A DNA stretch of 63,289 nt, counting the filler, from Octopus bimaculoides (lineage: Eukaryota), in the NCBI RefSeq assembly GCF_001194135.2. It is 5 parts of 5 records of this genome, joined end to end, with 100 filler letters (N's around TTAATTAATTAA, not from the genome) between each part and the next. Parts side by side here need not be neighbours in the genome. Positions count along the whole stretch, not along the records: positions 15,843 to 32,396 come from NC_068996.1; positions 32,497 to 51,723 come from NC_068994.1; 3 more parts are not named here. One strand, written 5' to 3'. Both the position numbers and the translations under genes were made by a program. Shown in pieces: positions 25,805-38,969 of this stretch (the stretch's first letter is position 1; each line of letters starts with the position of its first letter). The notes below the pieces were generated by a model. It ran no database searches. It was not told where the DNA came from and worked only from the letters and a program-made list of their open reading frames with translations.

Positions 25805-26364
25805 TTGCTAATTAAAAGCATAAACATAAAACTGCAGTGCGTACCGAAAACGCAAAGTAAAACACACACGCACTCAGTTCTATGTTTATACATCTTGGAT
25901 TCACTCCGAATGTCCTCAAAACAACGTGCGAGACCAGAGTAGTATAGCAGTGAATAAATTCAAACGTATACATCTGGCCGAAGAATTTAAATATTTAACT
26001 TTATAACTATAAGGATAAAAATTATTAAATAATTATTTATCAGTGACTAGCATACGTAATAAAAGTCAGAATATATAAATATTTTTAAATATAATAGTGT
26101 ATGAAATATACACGGAGAGAAAACCACCATGTGGATTTCTTACATGCTAAAAGTGTCAGCCGAAGCCTAGAAGCACGAAAGAATATTCTTACAATAAAGC
26201 ACGTTGATTTGTGCGCGAGTCTTTTCCTGTGACTGATGCCACTACGACAAGTAAGCAAGGCCCGAATGGCACCTGGCGCCGGCCGGGGATCGAATCGGGG
26301 GGAGGCTGACTGGAACAGTTCGGCTCCCCAAGTCTGTCATCGGGCACCCGATCGCCACCGTTCG

Positions 26365-26455
26365 CCTTACTGATGAGCTACGGATGATTAAATAATCAAT
26401 TAATTATCTTAGTTGATTTATTTGGTCAGAAATAGCGAAACTTATAAGTGTAAGT
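26365..26455 (+). ncRNA. Type I hammerhead ribozyme, GUG-triplet defective copy
   Basis: cctta-CTGATGA(26370-26376)-gcta..52 nt..tagc-GAAA(26437-26440)-cttataag-TG-taag. Stem III is palindromic (acttataagt); position 17 is G where A, C or U is required. Confidence 0.75.
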
Positions 26456-26698
26456 TTTACTATATTTTATTTACTCGAATGTCTTGCTCGCATACAAATC
26501 AACGCGCTTTAATGTAAGAATATTCTTTCGTAGTTTTAAGCTTTGACTGCCATCTTTAGTATGTAAGAAATCCACATGGTGGGTTTTCTCTTCCTGAATG
26601 TTTCATACACTATTGCATCTATCTATTTATCTATCTATCTATCTATCTATCCATTTATCTACTTGTCTGTCTGTATGTATGTCTGTTTCGTTATCTGT

Positions 26699-26767
<69 letters not shown>

Positions 26768-27256
26768 GCATGTATGTATGTATGTATGAACGTACGTAAT
26801 ATTATATGCATAAACACAAAACTTTCATCTGTTGTTGACTGAGCTCATCAAATGCATTGTAGCTGTAATGATTTTTATCTTTCCTCATACCCAAGGCTAC
26901 ATTATTGATTGTGAACATTTTTTCTCCCCAAAATGGCAAATTTCCCATCTATTTCTTGCAGGCTGCAACATAACCATGCTGAAGCTCGTTCGCTCGTTGG
27001 TTCGTAAAGTACTGTCGTGATATTATTAGAGTTCTTACTTTTCGTCACCTAAATGAAAAAGAATAAATGAATGTTTGCACTCTAAAATAAGTGGGAATAT
27101 AAATCGTCGTTACTTACCACAGTTAGACAATTAAGCCAGTCAGCTGTCCAACAGGTGCAAAACTTCTATTGTAGACACGTTCGTTCTTGACGTGTCTGGA
27201 AATTGAATCCTCCTGAAAGACGTTCATTTTGGTACGTTATTCCATAACTTACTTAC

Positions 27257-27323
<67 letters not shown>

Positions 27324-27469
27324 NNNNNNNNNNNNNNNNNNNNNNNNNNNNNNNNNNNNNNNNNNNNNNNNNNNNNNNNNNNNNNNNNNNNNNNNNNNNN
27401 NNNNNNNNNNNNNNNNNNNNNNNNNNNNNNNNNNNNNNNNNNNNNNNNNNNNNNNNNNNNNNNNNNNNN

Positions 27470-27527
<58 letters not shown>

Positions 27528-27649
27528 GTGTGTGTGTGTTTGTGTGCTTGTGTCTCTGTGTCTCTGTGTGTGTCTGTATGTAAACGCTCTATATACCAAG
27601 ATCTCTTTCTCACTTGACTTCCAGCCGGCCTTGTAGAAGTTCAGACTGA

Positions 27650-28400
27650 ATAGGAATTGAGTACCATGTGAGTCGAATACATATTTAATTCGTTTAGGAT
27701 CATACGTTGTTAGTTTTAATCATGGTCTGAGAAGATTGTCAGTAGTGCCTTCACGTTATGAATAAGTCCCACATTGTTGGTGAGGCAAAATATCGTTTGC
27801 TCTAAGAACAGCATTTTCGTGATATTCTGCTTTATTGCACTCCTTGCGTGTCACTCCCGAAATTATGTTGCCTTTGGCCCATCTGATGTTGGGGAAGTTA
27901 AGATCAGCTAAAAGAAGTGCATTAATACATTGATCCAGCTTTATAAGTATTCCTCTTGTACTTTTAAGCTTTTTCTCAAATTTACCATCGCGATTTACGG
28001 CATCAGGCGGTCGATATTACCACATCAAGTTGCTTTAAATGCACAATGAGTGTCTCACAGACTGGGTTTGAATGTGATTGCAGGATTAAGTGTGTAACAT
28101 CTTCACGGATGTACTCAGTAACTCCAGCAATACTCTTTTTTCTTCTGTCTGTACGGAACACAACATATGTTGGTGTGTCTACCTGCGTTTCATTTATGTC
28201 GTGGCCGTCTTGGAGTAAATATTTGTGGTTGTATGGTTTTGTGTATTGGTTTATTTAGCTTAGTTTAATTTGTAACCATGACAGCTGCTGCACTATCTTT
28301 TGTGCCACACCTAAAAACACGCAGCTCTGTGGTGGTTCTCCTTTACTGCAGATGTGTTGTAGGTTAAGGGTTTTTTGTGGTGTAATTTTATTCTGCCTTG
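27650..28400 (-). mobile_element. CR1-clade LINE 5' fragment (AP endonuclease, possibly the end of ORF1)
   Basis: Reverse complement reads GVTEYIREDVTHLILQSHSNPVCETLIVHLKQLDVV-YRPPD..LLLADLNFPNIRWAKG, matching the APE YRPP and GDFNxPxIxW motifs; frameshifted. Confidence 0.75.
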
Positions 28401-29445
28401 CTGGCTGGCTGGCTGAGTGGTGATTAGTTATTACCTTTAGCTACGCTGAAAATATGTATTTGCTTGTATGTATACTTTATGTTTTTATGCATATATACAC
28501 ACATATATATATACATACATACACACAGATATATATGTATATATTCATATATTTATATATACATATATATATATATGCATGCATACATGCATATATTTAT
28601 CCATATATATATGTACACACACATACATACATGCATTTATATACATACATACATTCATACATACATACATACATACATACATACATACATACATACATAC
28701 ATACATACATGCATATATATATACAAACACATACGATAAATTCTTTAAATGACACACAGTCGCTGATCTGGTATAGAGAAAAACAACAAGTTTTAAATCT
28801 CTGAGCGAGAGATATACAATAACAATACCGAATAGTAAAGTTTATATGCCAACGGAATGAGGCAGTGTTATAAAGGACGATGTCACTTTTGTTTTAGCAT
28901 CAGGAAAATATCTTCGCCTCAGGAAAACACGTAAGGCTAGAGATGGGAGCGATGCATCGCAACGCGCGTTTCCACAAATCACGTGTCTCTTAAGATCACA
29001 GTCCGTGTTTCTGGGATGATTACAGTGTAGTCCGTTGTATCCGTGGGTATCGGGTGGATCATCTTCATGGATTCATTTCTTCAGGCGATATATATTATTA
29101 TCATTATTATCATTATTATCATTATTATTATTATTATTATTATTATTAGGTCACAATACATGTATTAAAGTGGTAATAGTTTCATATTTTAAGAAATACT
29201 CCAGCATATTCTTCAGGCGCAAACCACATATCATAACGAACTTAAAGAATTGAATAAATAGAATAAACGCAATGAAGCTGAGAAGGCAGCATATAGAAAA
29301 CTCAGACAGTAAACAACGGAAAACGATAAACGAAACTAAAGTGTCAAACGGTAAAAAGTGCTGTCCTTCTTAGGCCTTAAATGTTAAGGCTGGAAAGATA
29401 TCAATTCAGTCAGGATTAGGTGAAATTTTCCAATTCTTCAGAACA

Positions 29446-29647
29446 TACTCTTTTACTCTTTTGACTGTCGCCATGCTGGAGTACCGCCTTTAGTCAAGCA
29501 AATCGACCCCAGGACTTATTCTTTGTAAGCCTAGTACTTATTCTATCGGTCTCTTTTGCCGAACCGCTAAGTTACGGGGACGTAAACACACCAGCATCGG
29601 TTGTCAAGCGATGTTAGGGGACAAACACAGACACACAAACACGCACG

Positions 29648-29678
<31 letters not shown>

Positions 29679-29939
29679 NNNNNNNNNNNNNNNNNNNNNN
29701 NNNNNNNNNNNNNNNNNNNNNNNNNNNNNNNNNNNNNNNNNNNNNNNATATATATATATATATATATATACATATATACGACAGGCTTCTTTCAGTTTCC
29801 GTCTACCAAATCCACTCACAAGGCTTTGATCGGCCCGAGGCCGATCAAAGACACTTGCCCAAGATGCCACGCAGTGGGACTGAACCCAGAACCATGTGGT
29901 TGGTAAGCAAGCTACTTATCACACAGCCACTCCTGCGCC
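29446..29939 (-). mobile_element. SINE family A, full length, internal microsatellite containing an assembly gap
   Basis: Head ggcgcaggagtggctgtgtgataag at the right end; (AC)n-N-(TA)n at about 29630-29778; 3' module to ggcggtactccagcatggcg. Confidence 0.92.
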
Positions 29940-30755
29940 TATATATATTTATACATATGCATGAAACTACTGAAATTTTCTGACCTGAAGTTCAATAGAG
30001 AATTAATGATCTTAGATCTTAACAGGATCTGCGTTCTTTCAGTCAAACAAAGTCTACCCATTGTGTATATATATATAACAGAAAATGGAGAAATATTAAT
30101 GAACAACAATTGACTTGCATCAATTATTATTTAATAATTCAATACAAATAGGCTGAATCTCATCTAACAGCTGTTTCTGCTTCTAATGTTGTATGGTATT
30201 GCCATTGATATGATAAAAATATCTATCATATTTAGTTAAAAGAACTGATCAGAAACATGGAGCTTCATCAGAGTGAAGAATAAATAAAAACGAAGAACCA
30301 AGAGAAGAAATAGGAAAAGTTGAATACGGTTATAGTCATACCATTTTGCTTGTGTATCTTTTTGGGACATTAAATACTTAACTGAACTTGAAACTATGTG
30401 ATTGGGAAGCAAGCTTCTTACCACACACCCACGTTTGCAACTATAGAAATAATTCTTAATCAATTTTTAAAGAAGACAAGATCAACTTGTTTTCGAGATG
30501 TGGGAGCGATGAAGTATGACTCATCATCTAGCCGGCCGCATTACTAAAGAAAGTTCAAGATAGGTTTTTCTTTAGTGTATCATTAAGAAAGTCTCGCGGA
30601 CAGCAGCTTGCTCATGACTATTTTAATGCAAATGAATCCGCAATATATATTCTAAGCACACGGATTCAAAACCTATGCCGTAGAAGTTGGCAGAAAGTGG
30701 CAGTTGTTTCAAGACAAAAACAATGATCATTTTAGGGTTAAAGCATCATAGAAAA

Positions 30756-31108
30756 CAGTGGTTCTCAGCCGGGGCCCATATGGCTCTTGCGGCCTCACAT
30801 AAGATTGTTGAGGATCCACACCACAAAATAGTAAATTGATGAACCACAATAGTATTTTAAAGGCCTATGAAAAAATATTGCTTTGGATGTATGTATTGGT
30901 ATGCATTGCAAGAAACAAGTTTCTTTGTCTAACATTTTACGTATTTCAACCAACACAATTTAATGTGTGAGAAAAACAGAATAGGAATTTTGAAAGAAGT
31001 TTCTATAAAACTAGTTTTTAAACATCGAATGACTAAGTGCAGGGGTCCATCAGAATACAATAGTAACCAAAGGGGTCCAATAGATAAAAAAATTACTGAG
31101 AAACCCTG
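30756..31108. mobile_element. hAT-type MITE
   Basis: Ends cagtggttctcagcc and tactgagaaaccctg; homologous along its length to 52575-52919; TSD not recognisable. Confidence 0.8.
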
Positions 31109-31214
31109 CTGCAGAAGACAAATAAATAAATAAATAAATAAATAAATAAACGAAATCCGAACTAGTGCATCAATTAAAACAACGGAATTCACAGCAACAT
31201 CTACATCATTCAAC

Positions 31215-31219
31215 ATGAC

Positions 31220-31279
<60 letters not shown>

Positions 31280-31500
31280 CGATGATGATGATGATGATGA
31301 TGATGATGACGACGGTGACGGTGATGGTGATGATGATGATGATAACGACCACCGCCACGTAGAGGTGGTAGTGGTCATCGTCAGCCAAGTGGTTTGTGGT
31401 GGTGGCGTTGGTGGTGGTGGTGGTGGTGGTGGTGGTGGCGTAGCAATGATGATGATGATGGTGATGATGGTAAGGCTGATGATAATGGCAGTGACGATGA
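31215..31500. repeat. (GAT)n/(GGT)n trinucleotide microsatellites
   Basis: Direct read; source of the poly-D/poly-G ORF 31215-31523. Confidence 0.95.
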
Positions 31501-31729
31501 AGGGGCGGCGCCTACGGCTGTAATGTAGTCGTTGTATCATAGTCTGTCTGTCTGTCGCTGTTTGCTGTTTAATTATTGTCAGTTCTGACCAGGAAATATC
31601 AATTACAGCAACAAAACGCACACATTCCAAAGTTTTTGGTGGATGGAATATTCTAAAAACTACACGCAACAACAGTAACAGCAACAACAACAACCACGAC
31701 GATGAGACAAGTAGCTGCATTGCAATAAT

Positions 31730-31969
31730 GGATAATACATACACACATGCAAGCATGCATGCATACATATATACATGCTTGGTTGCACGCATGCACACAT
31801 ACATACATGAATGCATACATGCATGCATACATACATGCATACATCCATACATGCATGCATACATACATGCATACATGCATACATACACATATATATACAT
31901 ACATGCATACATACAGACATATATACATGCATGCATTCATGCATACATTCACTCATACATGCTAGATAA

Positions 31970-32018
<49 letters not shown>

Positions 32019-32025
32019 GAGAGAC

Positions 32026-32066
<41 letters not shown>

Positions 32067-32070
32067 TATG

Positions 32071-32123
<53 letters not shown>

Positions 32124-32226
32124 ATTGACAGACAGGTAGGTAGGTAGGTAGGTAGGTAGGTAAGTAGACGGACGGACGGACAGACAGACAGGCAGACAGG
32201 CAGGCATACAGACAGACAGACAGGCT

Positions 32227-32272
<46 letters not shown>

Positions 32273-32278
32273 TAGACG

Positions 32279-32340
<62 letters not shown>

Positions 32341-32350
32341 TAGATAGATA
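31730..32350. repeat. compound (CATA/CATG)n, (GA)n, (GATA)n, (GGTA)n, (GACA)n microsatellite block
   Basis: Direct read. Confidence 0.95.
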
Positions 32351-32496
32351 CATTTCTTTTATTAGCCACACAGGGCTCAACAAAGATGGGACAAATNNNN
32401 NNNNNNNNNNNNNNNNNNNNNNNNNNNNNNNNNNNNNNNNTTAATTAATTAANNNNNNNNNNNNNNNNNNNNNNNNNNNNNNNNNNNNNNNNNNNN

Positions 32497-32549
<53 letters not shown>

Positions 32550-32706
32550 TATGTATATATGTATATACATATATGCAAATATATCTTTTGTATATGTTGA
32601 TTATATTTACATGTCTATATAACATATATATTAAATGGTACGTATGTGTCATACATATATATATATTATTTATATGTATGTATGCATGTATATATATGTA
32701 GATTGC

Positions 32707-32750
<44 letters not shown>

Positions 32751-32760
32751 NNNNNNNNNN

Positions 32761-32797
<37 letters not shown>

Positions 32798-33315
32798 TAT
32801 ATATATATGGACTCATCCGTACATAGTTATGTGTGTGTGTTTTTGTGTGTGTGAGGGTGTGTATGTTATAGTTTTGTACAATATTACGTTTTATTTTAAG
32901 CTTCCATATTACACCAGTCTTAAAATCTGAGATACATAAAACCCTACCACCATACACCATAAATCCTGACATTTAGTTTCAACCCACCTCTCATGGCTAG
33001 CTTTAGAATGATGCGCTTAATAGCAAGGCCTACGTATGTAAAATCGTATTTTTGTGATATATTTTCTAATTTTTATTTCAACGTATCTTATTACGTTTTA
33101 TTTTAAGCTACAATGTTTAGCCCCTAATAAACATCGCCGTTCATTCTCGATTATTTCTGCGGGGGTTTTTCCCCCCCTTTTTTTCTTATCCCTATTTGAC
33201 GGTCACTATCACCTATTCTTCTCTTCACAGGCATGCGCCATTAGCCGCTAGCTTTATGATTTCTAACACAAGCGTTCGGCTTTGTGTTCAAAACAGATTT
33301 GTGTTCAACTCTGTC

Positions 33316-33731
<416 letters not shown>

Positions 33732-34080
33732 CCAAACAAAGTTGTTTTCGAAAATATGTTTGAGATAACGTAATAAGTGAATGTAATAAATTAATGCTAA
33801 CATTTATCTTGAAGGAAGTAACTCATCGATTACTGTTTGTCCGAGAATATCACCTGCTTTGTTTATATATGTGTTCGGGTGGTGGGAGATGACATTACAC
33901 TTGCTTGTCTAACAAAGAAAGGAGAGAAGGGGGAGTGAGGGGAAGAGAGAACAGGCGGCGGTGGCGGGAGGCGGAAAGAGAGACAGCTTGTGATGTTAAA
34001 TGATCCCATGACTGAGTCGTTATGTGGACGAATAACCTGCTAGAAATGGCGGCCAAATATATTTCAGTATACTCTCGTTC

Positions 34081-34321
34081 CTCTCTTTTACTTGTTTCAG
34101 TCATTTGACTGCGGCCATGCTGGAGCAGCGCCTTTAGTCGAGCAAATCGACCGCAGGACTTATTCTTTGTAAGCCTAGTACTTATTCTATNNNNNNNNNN
34201 ACAAGGCTTTGGTCGGCCCGATATAGTAGAAGACACTTACCCAAGGTGCCACGCAGTGGGAATGAACCCGGAACCATGTGGTTGGTAAGCAAACTACTTA
34301 CCACACAACCGCTCCTGCGCC
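34081..34321 (-). mobile_element. SINE family A with the middle collapsed into a 10-N gap
   Basis: 3' module at 34081-34190 and 5' head at 34201-34321 both match family A. Confidence 0.88.
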
Positions 34322-34844
34322 TAAGGTTTTTCTTTTTTTTTACGGCGGTGGAATACAAATGTTGAGATAAGAAAAAGTCCTGGAATCGAACAACGAGTGC
34401 TGCCCTTCCAAAGATTTTTTTTTAAACTCAATATTCACACGTTGTTGGTTATAGCTTTGTCTTCGAGTTCCAAAGTTATAAATGATTTGTTTCACGTTCT
34501 CTCGAAGTTTCTAATTTCTTATGACATTGGCATACTTTATGGTACTGAAAAGTAAGTAGAGTGAGACAACAATGGGGCTTCTGCGTTGTTGCTCCATCTA
34601 GCAGAAACAGAAGTGAAAGCTTTCTCAAATGACATTGCTGCTCATAAAGAAAAGTTTACTCAAGTCATACTGCACCGATTTACAAAAGGCAACGCAATGA
34701 GATAACAAAGGGACACTTACATCAGTTTTGTATGAAAGCAGAGACACATTAGACGGTTGTTTGGAGACCCAACAGGATCATAAGACCAAAGATGTTCTAT
34801 GTATACAGGTAGTTGCTGTTAAATACTAAAGGTCATTGTGTATT

Positions 34845-34998
34845 GTCTTTACGTTCTGAGTTCAAATTCCACCGAGGACGACTGTGCCTTTCATCCTTTC
34901 GGGGTCGATAGATTAAGTACCAGTTGCGTACTGGGGTCGATCTCATTGACTGGCCCCCTCCCTCCAAAATTTCGGGTCTTGTGCCTAGAGTAGAAAAG
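34845..34998 (+). mobile_element. SINE family B, 5'-truncated
   Basis: gttctgagttcaaattccaccgagg..gcctttcatcctttcggggtcgatagattaagtaccag..tgtgcctagagtagaaaag. Confidence 0.9.
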
Positions 34999-36834
34999 AA
35001 AAAAGAATAAAAGATATGTCATGGGCCATCTTACGTGTCATAATTGTTTAATATACGTTGATCTCATGTTGCAATGTCAGCTTATGTTGGCGCTTTAACA
35101 ACTGATATGCAGTACAGGGTTTCACGAGATGTCAGTTGATTCTCTTTCGCAACTGCGTTGAATTGGAAGCGGAGTAATCTTAAACGCTACATGCAAAAAT
35201 AAAGAATTATAAAAGGAACAAAATATCATACAACAAACGCATCACAAATGAATGAATAAATAAATAACTACCTGCAAAAAAAAAAAAAAAAATGTGAAGA
35301 TGTGAAATAAAAGTTTTCCTGTTCTGAAAGAAAACATTTTGAGGGTTACGTAACCAAATTGACTCCTCATTTTAACATCCATCATTGATCAGTATATAAA
35401 TAAGTGAAACATTTTCTTGAACTATTATTCAATGTTCATGTAAAAGGCCGTGTCGTCTTTTTCTTCTCTCAATGATGAACGATACTGTCAGCTTCCAATT
35501 ATCTCGGATGCAGGAACAAGCTTACTCAGACAAGTGAGAATCCATTGCTTTACTACAAGTCCTACTGTTCGCTTAGATTTTCTAACACCTGGCCCGTCAA
35601 TATGATTTATGAGGTCCAGTTGGGGAAGTTATTATTCAATTTCGCTCTTAAGAACATCACCAACACCACCACCACCGCTCCGACATCACACCACCACATC
35701 AGCACATCATTCCACACAGCTATGCATGCGTAATTCAGCAAGTAACGTTTTCAATTTACTCACGGCATGCTGTGTTTCATTTACCAGAGAAAGAGGGGAA
35801 AAAAAACGTAGAGTGTGTTAAAAGCCTATAATTGATTCAGCTAATGCACCAAATTAAAATTGATTGCCATATTTGAAAAAAAAAATTGTATTAATTCAAA
35901 ATATCTTTATTGATTTTTGAATAGAATAAATCTTTCTAACACACTATTGGTAATTATGAACAGATTCTGATCACACAGTATTTCTACAAGATTGTGAGTT
36001 GTTAACGCAAATATGTGTGGTTTATAATTATTAAAGTTTTGTTTAACCTTTTACCACTCCTCATTCTGTTCGTGTTATAATGGGTGAGGGTTGTCGATAA
36101 AACTGTCTCTGTAATGGACGAAGTATCCACGGTTCGTATCAGGGTTTGACGCTGTTTTAGTGTATGTTTATTTTCTTTGTTATTATTATCATTATTATTT
36201 TGGTTATAAAGAGGTAGCATATATGATCCTTGAAAACATTTTAAGACCAGTGAGGTCAGCAGGGTTAATGTTTCTCTTTAACTGTTTTGCAATGACTGCG
36301 GATGACTACCGGGAAAATGTAGTAATGAAAGGAGAAAAAAGAGCCTCCCAGAGGACCGACGTTCCCGAGAAGGGCTGGGTGAGGTGAGGGCGAAGGAGAG
36401 ACGAGTTTGTAAACAATGCAATGGTGAGTGTTACACGGGATCAGTCACTACTGAAGTAGAAAAAGCAGTGAAAGTGTGTGTTTGTGAGTGTCAGACAGAC
36501 AGACTGAGATAAAGTGAGAATGACAGGGAGAGAAATAGACAGATAAACAGACTGAGAAAGAGGGGACAGCAAGTCAGGTGTGAGGGGCTTGAATGTTGCA
36601 TTTACTTTCCCCCGACGCGGTCTATACATGGGTCAGTACTGTTACTATTTAGACTCCAGTCTAGCCATGACCAAAACCATTCCAGGTTTATGAGCAAAAT
36701 CATTCAATGAACAATGATCCCACGTTGTCCCCTGGTGCTCTTAGCGACAGTAGCGTTCGTAGCACTTTTAGTGTTGGCGACAGTACCGTTAGTGGTATTG
36801 TTGGCGATTGTAGTAGTGTTGATGATTGCGTTTC

Positions 36835-37020
36835 AGTTGTTGTTGTTGTTGCTTAGCCCTAGGTCAGTGCAATTCGAGCAGGGCCTATGATCAAAGGTTT
36901 AACTATGGCGACCATCCTGGGGTTATTTTTTATTATCATGTGCGTTCTTTCTTAAATTATTCTGTAACTCAACAGTTAGTGGGTTAAGAGAAACTCTCGC
37001 TACTATTTCTAGAAAATTTA
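36835..37020 (-). mobile_element. Retroposon 3' end (family E) with (CAA)n tail
   Basis: Reverse complement ctagaaatagtagc..ggatggtcgcc..cctttgatcatagg..ctgacctagggctaagcaacaacaac is similar to 60512-60680 (+). Confidence 0.65.
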
Positions 37021-37934
37021 GTTACCAGGTAACGTCTCACTTGGTGACTCGTCAAGTAACGGCAGATTAAATTCTCTTGTGAAAACCATCGAGGAAAATA
37101 GATAGAATAATGAAAAATAACTTGGAGACGAAAAGAAAAGCAAACGAACTTAAGAGCATTTGATATTCATATTTACGCCGTTGATGTCAGAAAAAAAATG
37201 GTGTATATTATCATGAGATACAGAATGGTAATAATAAAGAATGAACATTTGTCTAATATTAAATTAGAGATGAATCTTTGAAGAAGAAAAATATTCAGAA
37301 CAAAGAAGACAAACATAACTTAACGTTTCCCCGATAGTTGTTATCATATTTCGATGGAAATAAATTGAATTTTCAAATGGCGCCTTGTCAGTCTTGAGAA
37401 TATGGTATTAAGTACCTTGTTAGTAATTTGATGAAGACTTCTGAATTCTGTATAAACATTTGAAACTCCAGAGACAGTATTGATCTTCAATTGCCAACTT
37501 TTCACAAAGATGAAAAAATATATACTTCGAAGTTATTAGCTACTTACATGACCAAAAAAACAAAAAACGAAAAGATAAAGAAAGAAAAGGGAAATAAAGA
37601 AAGGAAAAAAGAAACAGAAAAGAATACGAAACCTTCTTCTAAAAGAACATCATTTACAGGAAATATAAAAGGACACTTGATATTGTTGCATTGGTGTTCA
37701 ATAAACTTTCGAAAAGTTATTTATTTGTAACCAATATTTTCTCTTTATTTCAGTTTCTCTCTTTCAATAACCATCATATTATCAAAATTGCAATCCGATT
37801 GTCATGGCATGCGTTTGTCTGTTACGCTGTGGTTTTCAAAGGAAATAAACCTGTTAGAACCATTATTGTGGTTAAGTCTTACAGTTAAAAACAGGCAGAT
37901 GTTAACACAGCAAGAAGAAATATCTGAGTTTCAT

Positions 37935-38309
37935 GCAATGGCCGTGTAGTAAGAAGTTTGCTTTCCAACCTCATGGTTCCGGGTTCAACCCTACCACGTG
38001 GCATCATGAAAGATTTTCCGCTGAACGACTCCACCCCAGTACTTATATTTGAAAGTCTGATGCTTATTCTATCGGTGACTATTGTCGCACCGCTAGATTA
38101 CGTGGTCAGCAGGCGGTGGTGGAGGACAAACACACACAAGTATATACGACGAGCTTCTTCCAGTTTCCGTCTACAAAATCCGGTCACAAGGCTTTGGTCA
38201 ACCTGTGGGTATAATAGAAGACACTTGCCCAAGGTTCCAGGCAGTGGGACTGAACTCGGAACCATGTAGTTGAGAAACAATCTACTTGCTACACTGCCAC
38301 TCCTGCGCC
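37935..38309. mobile_element. SINE family A plus-strand head (37935-38010) convergent with a minus-strand copy (38031-38309)
   Basis: Both segments align to the family A consensus seen at 29446-29939. Confidence 0.8.
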
Positions 38310-38929
38310 TATCTGTATATATATATATATATATATNNNNNNNNNNNNNNNNNNNNNNNNNNNNNNNNNNNNNNNNNNNNNNNNNNNNNNNNNNNNNNNN
38401 NNNNNNNNNNNNNNNNNNNNNNNNNNNNNNNNNNNNNNNNNNNNNNNNNNNNNNNNNNNNNNNNNNNNNNNNNNNNNNNNNNNNNNNNNNNNNNNNNNNN
38501 NNNNNNNNNNNNNNNNNNNNNNNNNNNNNNNNNNNNNNNNNNNNNNNNNNNNNNNNNNNNNNNNNNNNNNNNNNNNNNNNNNNNNNNNNNNNNNNNNNNN
38601 NNNNNNNNNNNNNNNNNNNNNNNNNNNNNNNNNNNNNNNNNNNNNNNNNNNNNNNNNNNNNNNNNNNNNNNNNNNNNNNNNNNNNNNNNNNNNNNNNNNN
38701 NNNNNNNNNNNNNNNNNNNNNNNNNNNNNNNNNNNNNNNNNNNNNNNNNNNNNNNNNNNNNNNNNNNNNNNNNNNNNNNNNNNNNNNNNNNNNNNNNNNN
38801 NNNNNNNNNNNNNNNNNNNNNNNNNNNNNNNNNNNNNNNNNNNNNNNNNNNNNNNNNNNNNNNNNNNNNNNNNNNNNNNNNNNNNNNNNNNNNNNNNNNN
38901 NNNNNNNNNNNNNNNNNNNNNNNNNNNNN

Positions 38930-38969
<40 letters not shown>

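Larger units (their letters stand above)
25459..26614. mobile_element. Penelope-like element pseudo-LTR locus: two direct copies plus one inverted copy
   Basis: Copy 1 at 25459-25804; copy 2 at 25996-26219 repeats 25459-25682 directly; copy 3 at 26365-26614 is the reverse complement of 25555-25804; copies 1 and 3 contain hammerhead cores. Confidence 0.75.

Noticed and set aside
29165-29222. Minus-strand CTGAAGA..GAAACTATTA hammerhead-like motif
   Set aside because: Stem II pairs, but stem I cannot form and stem III is mismatched; too degenerate to call.
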